Of a DNA stretch of 32,835 bases, positions 26,779-32,835 are shown one piece after another. How positions within the stretch are numbered: the first letter of the stretch is position 1; each line of letters opens with the position of its first letter. The translations under genes were made by a program, and so were the position numbers. Below the pieces are notes generated by a model that saw nothing but the letters and a program-made list of their open reading frames with translations, made no database searches and was not told where the DNA came from. Source of the DNA: a virus. Its lineage: Duplodnaviria > Caudoviricetes. Location: positions 1-32,835 of IMG/VR virus record IMGVR_UViG_3300032373_000077; one strand, written 5' to 3'.

Positions 26779-27314
26779 AAAAAATAGTATTAGTCGTAGG
26801 ACACAATGAGACTTCACAAGGTGCAACTAATGTTGCATCTGGAACAAGTGAATTTGAATTTAATTCAAAGTTAGCTGACCAAATTGAATATCTACTAAGA
26901 GATACTAATGTTCAATGTGAAATAGTTTATCGCAATAGCTATGCAGAGCTTCCAAAAGAAGTTAATAAACTAGAACCTGATTTTATCGTAAGCCTACACT
27001 GTAATGCTTACGATACAAATGTTAGTGGGACTTCTGTTCTTTACTATCACAGTAGTAAATTAGGTAAAGCAATGGCAGAAGTTTTACAAGAGCATCTTCT
27101 TTTTGCACTTGGATTAAATAACCGTGGTGTTAAACCTAAGCATAGCGAAGATAGAGGTGGTTTCTTACTGCGCTATACACAAGCACCATGTGTAATTGCA
27201 GAACCATTCTTTATTGATAACGATGAAGATTTAGAAGTTGCAACTGCTCGTTCACATAGATTAGCAGAAGCTTACACTGGTGCTATTAAAGATATATCAC
27301 AGGTGCTTTCATAG
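26775..27314 (+). CDS. N-acetylmuramoyl-L-alanine amidase (Amidase_3), endolysin candidate
   Basis: VLVVGH, SEFEFN, VSLHCNA and VIAEPFFIDN zinc-amidase motifs; no signal peptide. Confidence 0.92.
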   Translation: MKKIVLVVGHNETSQGATNVASGTSEFEFNSKLADQIEYLLRDTNVQCEIVYRNSYAELPKEVNKLEPDFIVSLHCNAYDTNVSGTSVLYYHSSKLGKAMAEVLQEHLLFALGLNNRGVKPKHSEDRGGFLLRYTQAPCVIAEPFFIDNDEDLEVATARSHRLAEAYTGAIKDISQVLS

Positions 27315-27367
27315 AATTCGCTTCGGCGGGTTCTATTGAGATTACATTCATTACAAAAAGGACATTC

Positions 27368-28327
27368 ATGAGCTTTGATTTTTTAGATAAACATTCATTA
27401 GACTTGCATCATTTTTCAACAGAAGCAGAAACTGAATTTTTAGTGCAAGACTTTATTGCAAAAGAGCGAATTGTAATGTATTGGGCGGATGGTGGCACAG
27501 GTAAAAGTACACTAGCTTATGCATTAATTAACTACATTCAAATAAATCATAAAATGCGCATGGTTACAATTATTGACCCAGACAATCCATTAGATGAACT
27601 ACGTGTTAAAAAAGTTGATAGTATCCTAATGAAATATGACAACCTAAAAGTTATTCATTCTGAAACATTATTAATTAGAGCAATAGAAGTACTAGATGAA
27701 TTAGTAAGCTATGTTTCACCAGATTTTTATAAAGACTGCCTTTTTTTACTTGACTCTGCACGTGAATTTGTAGATGTAGATAACAATAAAGCTGTTCAAT
27801 CATTTATGGAACAAGTTAAAAAATTACGAAGTGCTGGTGCTACTGTAATAATCATCATGCATGGGAACAAAGATGGTAAAAACTATCAAGGCTCAAATCA
27901 TTTTTTCAATAGTTGTGATGCTATCTCTAAAGTACGAAAAGGTTCTATTCAAAAAGATGGTAAGTTCGTGTACATAATAGATACATCAAAAGGAAGAGCT
28001 GGAGCTAAAAGTTGCGCTTTTAGTGTAAACATAAATAATTATCACCTTGAGCAAATTTCATACGATATAGCAACACTTAGTAATTATGATGCTGAGTTCA
28101 TAGCAAAAGTTACACCAATTCTAAAAGAAAACAAAGACGGTATCAATCAAAAGAACCTACTTGAAGCTCTTGGACTACCAGAAGACAATAAAGCAGGTCG
28201 TGAAGCACTCTCAAAGTTTACAGATAAATATTGGAAAGTTATTAAAGGCTTGAAAAACGCAAATTTCTATCACTTAATAGTGGAAGATACTGCTCATACT
28301 GAACAGACAGGAGCAGAGCATGAGTAA
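27368..28327 (+). CDS. RecA-like / AAA_25-type ATPase
   Basis: ADGGTGKST Walker A; FLLDS Walker B; IIIMHGNK...YQGS motif; possible C-terminal winged helix. Confidence 0.8.
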   Translation: MSFDFLDKHSLDLHHFSTEAETEFLVQDFIAKERIVMYWADGGTGKSTLAYALINYIQINHKMRMVTIIDPDNPLDELRVKKVDSILMKYDNLKVIHSETLLIRAIEVLDELVSYVSPDFYKDCLFLLDSAREFVDVDNNKAVQSFMEQVKKLRSAGATVIIIMHGNKDGKNYQGSNHFFNSCDAISKVRKGSIQKDGKFVYIIDTSKGRAGAKSCAFSVNINNYHLEQISYDIATLSNYDAEFIAKVTPILKENKDGINQKNLLEALGLPEDNKAGREALSKFTDKYWKVIKGLKNANFYHLIVEDTAHTEQTGAEHE

Positions 28328-28934
28328 TAAAAATATACCAATGAAACCAATACTATTTAATACTGAAATGGTTAGAGCTATTTTAGATGGATATAAAACG
28401 CAGACACGCAGAATTGTGAATAATGACTGGATACAGTCTGCAAAACTTCCAATAGCCACAGATGAAAATAAAAAAATATGGCATTTCTGGAATAGCGGTG
28501 AACATCCTGCTAAATACCAAATTGATGATGTACTTTATGTTAGAGAAACATTTGGTAAATTTACACATACAAGATTTGGCGGAACACATACTAAGATTAT
28601 TTATAAAGCCGATAGAGATTTGGAGTATAGAGGTATAAACCCTAGCAACTCAGGTGAGTTTTTTCATGGATGGAAGCCATCAATCCATATGACAAAAGAG
28701 TATGCTCGTATCTTTCTGAAAGTTATTGACGTTAGGGTTGAACGGTTGCAAGATATAAATTGTTATGAAATTGAAAAAGAAGGATTTAAGGACTTGTTTC
28801 AAAATACTCAAATGTGTGTTGGTAAAGCAGAAGATTGGTGGATAAACCTTTGGAACTCGACCAGTAAAGATGAATACAAATGGGAAGATAATCCATATGT
28901 GTTTGTTTATGAACTCCAAAGAATTAAGCTATGA
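28320..28934 (+). CDS. ASCH/PUA-like phage protein
   Basis: MKPILFNTEMVRAILDGYKTQTRR, LYVRET, WKPSIHM, VRVERLQDI and WEDNPYVFVYE conserved blocks. Confidence 0.82.
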   Translation: MSNKNIPMKPILFNTEMVRAILDGYKTQTRRIVNNDWIQSAKLPIATDENKKIWHFWNSGEHPAKYQIDDVLYVRETFGKFTHTRFGGTHTKIIYKADRDLEYRGINPSNSGEFFHGWKPSIHMTKEYARIFLKVIDVRVERLQDINCYEIEKEGFKDLFQNTQMCVGKAEDWWINLWNSTSKDEYKWEDNPYVFVYELQRIKL

Positions 28935-29374
28935 GTCAAAACTATGATGAACAATCTAAACCTGAAGCGTGGCAAAAAGGCTTACAAGAACAAAAAGCCA
29001 TTAGTGAATTAAAGTTAGCTCTTGGAAACCTTCAAGCTGGATATGAATGTGCTGGTGTTCATGATGGAGTTTTAAAAATAACATTTGTTTCACGTGCACA
29101 CCAGCAAGAATTTTTACATAAAAAAGAGCAAATCTTAAAAGAGATGCGCCGTATCTATAAAGAAAAAAAGCTTCATCAAAAGATTACATTTAATAGCGTA
29201 ATAGCAATCTACACTTCAAAACCAAAATCAGAGCAAACTAAAAAAAGTAAAGAGCTAGAACTTCCATATCGTGAGCGTGCAACTGGTAACTTTGAGAATA
29301 AATGTAAAGATGTAAAACTTTTTAACTTATTTGAAGAGGTAAAAACTTCTATAAAAAATGGAGCTAGACAATGA
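28931..29374 (+). CDS. DciA/DUF721-like protein (Campylobacterota type)
   Basis: Core GVLKITFVSRAHQQEF, a Lys-rich linker and a C-terminal YRERATGNFENKCKDVKLFNLFEEVK motif recalling Campylobacter DUF721 proteins. Confidence 0.6.
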   Translation: MSQNYDEQSKPEAWQKGLQEQKAISELKLALGNLQAGYECAGVHDGVLKITFVSRAHQQEFLHKKEQILKEMRRIYKEKKLHQKITFNSVIAIYTSKPKSEQTKKSKELELPYRERATGNFENKCKDVKLFNLFEEVKTSIKNGARQ

Positions 29375-29523
29375 AAAACAATAGATGGAGAAAAAAAATA
29401 AACAAAAGGAAATTCGACAGAAATGCCCTTGCGAATATAAATTTTTTTGGAGTAAGACCTTTAAAAATTAATGGCAAAACAATCTTACATATTGACCTTG
29501 ATAAACCATTTTTAGGAACATGA
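29371..29523 (+). CDS. Basic hypothetical protein, 50 aa (not in the ORF track)
   Basis: ATGA overlap with the upstream stop; GGAG RBS; fills the gap to the next ATG at 29525. Confidence 0.55.
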   Translation: MKNNRWRKKINKRKFDRNALANINFFGVRPLKINGKTILHIDLDKPFLGT

Positions 29524-29524
29524 A

Positions 29525-29968
29525 ATGAGTAAATTCGCACGAATGTCAATCAAACAACTAATTGGCATAGCTCACGCTGCTAAATCAAAACGATTTTCTA
29601 GTGACGATGAACGCAGAGACTTTCTACTATCACGCTATGAAAAAGAGAGTCTGAAAGATTTAACCAAATCTCAACTAATAGAGTTCATTAATTACTGTAA
29701 TGGAATAATTCGTGAAGTTCGTATGGCAGAAGAGTATAGATTTGGTCTCGGACCATCTACGGGACAAATCAAATTAATCAACAATATGCAAAAAGATCTT
29801 AACTGGAGTGATGAGGATTTAAGTGACTATATTTACAGACAAGTCCATAAAAAAACAAATGCAAATCTAATGCTTATCACTCAAAAACAAGCCACTTCCA
29901 TAATAGTTGGAATGAATAGAACCTATGAGTATGCTCACGGTGTTTTATATACTGAAAAGGATAAATAA
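29525..29968 (+). CDS. GemA / Mu gp16 (DUF1018)-like protein
   Basis: IAH.AK...DDERRDFL..RYEKESLKDLT...QIKLI...LNW...L..YI.RQ...QATSIIVGM pattern. Confidence 0.75.
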   Translation: MSKFARMSIKQLIGIAHAAKSKRFSSDDERRDFLLSRYEKESLKDLTKSQLIEFINYCNGIIREVRMAEEYRFGLGPSTGQIKLINNMQKDLNWSDEDLSDYIYRQVHKKTNANLMLITQKQATSIIVGMNRTYEYAHGVLYTEKDK

Positions 29969-30255
29969 TGCTCTGCCCACATTGCCTAAATGAAAAAACA
30001 CCTGTACTAAAAACAGATAAAGAAAAAAAAACAATTCGTCTTAGAAAATGTAAAGAGTGTGACTATGTATTTGTAACACAAGAGTTGCACCGTTGCACAA
30101 TCTGTACAAGTGAAAAAAGTAAAGTAACTAGTACAGTAAAAGATTTAAAGAATAAACGTTTCAAAGTTTGTCTAAATTGTACCAACCGATATATAACTTA
30201 TGAAGCAGTATTTGTAGACCACTTATGGAGCTATTATGTCGAACTCTACTCTTAA
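29968..30255 (+). CDS. Tandem zinc-ribbon transcription regulator (Ogr/Delta- or NrdR-N-like)
   Basis: Two repeats of CxxC...CxxC...(F/Y)xTxE: CPHC..CKEC..FVTQE and CTIC..CLNC..YITYE. Confidence 0.7.
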   Translation: MLCPHCLNEKTPVLKTDKEKKTIRLRKCKECDYVFVTQELHRCTICTSEKSKVTSTVKDLKNKRFKVCLNCTNRYITYEAVFVDHLWSYYVELYS

Positions 30256-31498
30256 AGCACTACTAAAATCAAAATTAAAAGAAAATCAAGAACTAGAAAA
30301 ATTGATTGATGCTTTTATTAAAGAACAGGGCAAACTAACAAAAGATAAAACAGATATATTTCTAACAGAGCTTATGGTCTACATTTTAAAAAATGCCAAC
30401 TCAAATAAAGATAATCTTTTAAAACTTGTAGAGGCAAAACTTTCTCACCTACAGTATGACGTTAGCATTGATGCACTTGAACTAATTTATGCAAAAACTG
30501 CAATTGAAGCATCAAAGGCAGGCATTAAATTTACATTTGACAAAGTAGATGTTAAAGCACTTGAATCTATGAGTAAGAACTTCATCTGGTTAAAAGAAGA
30601 TGGCTCACGAAAAGTGCAAAAACAGATTAAAGATGCTGTTACTAAAGCTTTCAAAGGTGATTTAAAAATCAGAGAATTAGGCTCACATTTAAAAGAAAAG
30701 TTCGGTTCTATCAGCAAACAAAGTGAAAGCTATTTCCAAGGTGTAGCAGACCATATCATAAGACAAAATCAAAATATAGCAAGACTTAGACAATATGAAA
30801 AATCAGGTTCAACACACATTCAGATTAGAGCAAAAATAGATGAAAGAACCTCAGACGTTTGCCGTTCCATGCATGGACGAGTTATTGAAATAGCTCACGT
30901 AAGTAATCAAGCTGATAATATTATAAACGCTAAAACAGTAGAAGAAAAGAAGAAAGCTAGTGCATGGACAAATGGCGTACAATTTACAAAGCTACCAGCT
31001 AATTTTGGACTACCTCCATATCACTTTAGATGTAGAACTTCAATTGTGAGTTTCAACTCTGCTAATATAGAAGTTGATGGTAAAAAAACAACAGGTTCTA
31101 AAACTTCAAGAAGTAAGTTTAGAGATAAAGAAGTTATTTTTTCTCATATTGATAAAACAGGAGTAGAAAGAGTTGTAACTCGTGATACTTACGAGCATAA
31201 ATCAAATAGTTATAAGCCACCTAAAAAAGATTTAATATCTGCTATGAATTCCATAACTGAAATTGCACCACATGCTAACGAGCATGGAAGGTATGTTGCA
31301 TTAACTCAGAAAAATATAGTGTTAGTTTATAAAGACCAAGAACTATGGACAGCTGTACAGTTAGCTAGTAAAACTAAAGCAAAGAACTATTTTAAAGCCA
31401 GTGCGCTAAAATCACAACAGGAGATTATCAAATGGAAAAAAGAAAACTTATTATCGAGATTAATGAACGTGATTTCCTCATTAAAGAAAAGTCTTTAA
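30236..31498 (+). CDS. MuF (gp30 / SPP1 gp7) head morphogenesis protein with C-terminal extension
   Basis: AKIDERTSDVCRSMHG and LPPYHFRCRTSI MuF motifs, followed by ~150 extra residues. Confidence 0.88.
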   Translation: MSNSTLKALLKSKLKENQELEKLIDAFIKEQGKLTKDKTDIFLTELMVYILKNANSNKDNLLKLVEAKLSHLQYDVSIDALELIYAKTAIEASKAGIKFTFDKVDVKALESMSKNFIWLKEDGSRKVQKQIKDAVTKAFKGDLKIRELGSHLKEKFGSISKQSESYFQGVADHIIRQNQNIARLRQYEKSGSTHIQIRAKIDERTSDVCRSMHGRVIEIAHVSNQADNIINAKTVEEKKKASAWTNGVQFTKLPANFGLPPYHFRCRTSIVSFNSANIEVDGKKTTGSKTSRSKFRDKEVIFSHIDKTGVERVVTRDTYEHKSNSYKPPKKDLISAMNSITEIAPHANEHGRYVALTQKNIVLVYKDQELWTAVQLASKTKAKNYFKASALKSQQEIIKWKKENLLSRLMNVISSLKKSL

Positions 31499-31782
31499 TA
31501 TCTGAAAATCTTAGAGAGCGTAATGATGTAGATTGGACTGATGATTACTTCGGTAACTTCTTTTTAAAAGATGATAAAATCATAGAAATATTCGATATGT
31601 TTCCTTATGAAGCTGAAATAACTCGCGCATCAGATGATGAACTCTTTCATGAAGAGGTGACATTTGAAGTTAAGTTTTTAGATAAAAAGATGAAGTCACA
31701 TACATTTGATGGTGACTTTATAGAAGCTCTAATATGGATAAATAAAAATTGGGAAAGTTGGTACAAAGAAGATGAGGAATGA
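31432..31782 (+). CDS. Acidic protein, candidate immunity for the MuF extension
   Basis: 116 aa, Asp/Glu/aromatic-rich, with an AGGAG RBS; overlaps the MuF 3' end. Confidence 0.6.
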   Translation: MEKRKLIIEINERDFLIKEKSLISENLRERNDVDWTDDYFGNFFLKDDKIIEIFDMFPYEAEITRASDDELFHEEVTFEVKFLDKKMKSHTFDGDFIEALIWINKNWESWYKEDEE

Positions 31783-32212
31783 ACAAAAAGCATTAGAAAG
31801 CTTACTGCTTGACATTGGTAAAGCAGTACAAAACATAGCAGACGACATAGCTCCTAAAAGAACAAAAGACCTCGCAAACGACATCACTGTATTTGATGAC
31901 AATCTCAGCAATCTATCCTTATCTGTAGGTAATACATTACTAATAGATTATGCTCCTTATGTGCATAAGGGAACTGGTATATATGGAGCTAAAAAAAGAC
32001 GTATATCACCTACAAAAAAGAAAGCTCTAAAAACTCCATTTGGGCTTAGAAAATCTATCAAAGGTCAAAAGGCTCAACCATACTTAGAAGATGCACTCCA
32101 AGAGGTTATAAGCTCAGGTCAGATGGATAGAATGTTAGGTAATTATGCAGATGATTTAGGTAAAGATATTTTTAAAAGTATTGAGGATAGTTTGTCTGCG
32201 CTTAAAAAGTAG
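31772..32212 (+). CDS. HK97 gp10 / Mu gpG-like virion morphogenesis (tail completion) protein
   Basis: APKRTKDLANDI, DYAPYVHKGTG and GQKAQPYLEDA motifs. Confidence 0.85.
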   Translation: MRNEQKALESLLLDIGKAVQNIADDIAPKRTKDLANDITVFDDNLSNLSLSVGNTLLIDYAPYVHKGTGIYGAKKRRISPTKKKALKTPFGLRKSIKGQKAQPYLEDALQEVISSGQMDRMLGNYADDLGKDIFKSIEDSLSALKK

Positions 32213-32220
32213 TTGACATA

Positions 32221-32667
32221 TTATGAGAGTAACGAGAAAAACGTCAACTAAACAAAAAAGTAAATCGTCAACCAAAATTTTTCATTAGAACTAGATAAAC
32301 TCCTGAACTAAGGGCTTTAAGTGGTTGACGATACTGTATTTAAAAAACTGTCAACCAAACCAAACCTTAAACGACTAATTTCAAGTAAAAAACAAAATTC
32401 TCTGAACCCCATCCATCAAATTATAAACCCATTGTGAAGCCTATAATTAAGTTTTAAAAGATTAGATTGATTTTCTGAAGGTTATTGAAGCTCTCTGAAG
32501 GTATGAGCGTCAATAATGTAATAATGCACAACTTTTGCAAAAAAACGCACAACTTTGCACATTTGTTCTCGTTCACTCTCAATACTAAAAATAGCTATAA
32601 AGCCCTAAATATAGGTTCTAAATAGACTTTTAACAGGTTGTCGCTTTACTCTCATAATGAACGAGAA
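32221..32667. repeat. Right-end putative transposase-binding sites
   Basis: TTATGAGAGTAACGAGAA (32221-32238), TTCTCGTTCACTCTCAATA (32566-32584), TTGTCGCTTTACTCTCATAA (32638-32657) and ATGAACGAGAA (32657-32667); the end reads ...CCGCCA at 32673. Confidence 0.8.
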
Positions 32668-32673
32668 CCGCCA

Positions 32674-32835
32674 TTAGCACAAATTTTTACTGCAAATAAT
32701 GCAGATATAGTAAATAGCGCAACAACATTTAATGCACCGGGTATTGAGGGCTTAGATGCTGATCAACTACAATTAGTAGGATTAGCACCTGAAAATATTC
32801 CAAATGATAAAATAACAAATATAGCTACAAGCGGA
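32674..32835 (+). pseudogene. 3' continuation of the interrupted host lipase-like gene (runs off the window); begins with the right TTAG copy
   Basis: Open frame LAQIFTANNADIVNSATTFNAPGIEGLDADQLQLVGLAPENIPNDKITNIATSG; TFNAPG is the motif expected after GHSLGG. Confidence 0.85.

Larger units (their letters stand above)
1444..32673. mobile_element. Transposable (Mu-like) prophage, ~31.2 kb, siphovirus-type tail
   Basis: DDE transposase plus AAA ATPase, repressor, GemA-like, MuF, portal, terminase, capsid and tape measure genes. Inverted end motif TTCTCGTTCAT at 1450-1460 and 32657-32667. TTAG is duplicated at 1440-1443 and 32674-32677, and removing the element restores the host gene. Confidence 0.93.

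Noticed and set aside
29364-29549. Minus-strand 61-aa ORF
   Set aside because: The + strand ORF 29371..29523 fits the operon coupling better.
32210-32670. CRISPR array in the right-end repeats
   Set aside because: The repeats are short, in mixed orientation and irregularly spaced; they fit protein-binding sites better.

Overview
The window holds a complete-looking, ~31.2 kb transposable (Mu-like) prophage at 1444-32673. It is inserted into a host lipase-like (GHSLGG) gene right after the nucleophile motif, and the host frame resumes at 32674 with a 4-bp TTAG duplication. The AT-rich host is probably a Campylobacterota bacterium (inference). Both ends carry repeated TTCTCGTTYACTCKCA-type sites, probably for transposase binding. 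The layout is unlike Mu: the repressor / Ner-like / MuA / MuB module is internal (22-26 kb), the head module is P2/PBSX-like (portal and terminase divergent from an XkdF-like protease and a P2-family capsid with an Ig tail), and the tail is non-contractile, with a -1 frameshifted chaperone, a 1748-aa tape measure, two paralogous Asp-box receptor-binding proteins and no invertase. Best leads: a MuF protein with a C-terminal extension plus an overlapping acidic gene (polymorphic toxin-immunity candidate); a DciA/DUF721-like helicase-loader homologue near a second ATPase; a tandem Ogr/Delta-like zinc-ribbon regulator in place of Mor/C; a PLA2-like gene in the lysis slot with the amidase moved to the early operon; an antisense hairpin/repeat element upstream of the Dam-family methylase; a structured early leader; a secreted PD-(D/E)xK-like moron; and a leaderless 28-aa membrane peptide. 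All family calls come from motif recognition by eye; no searches were run.
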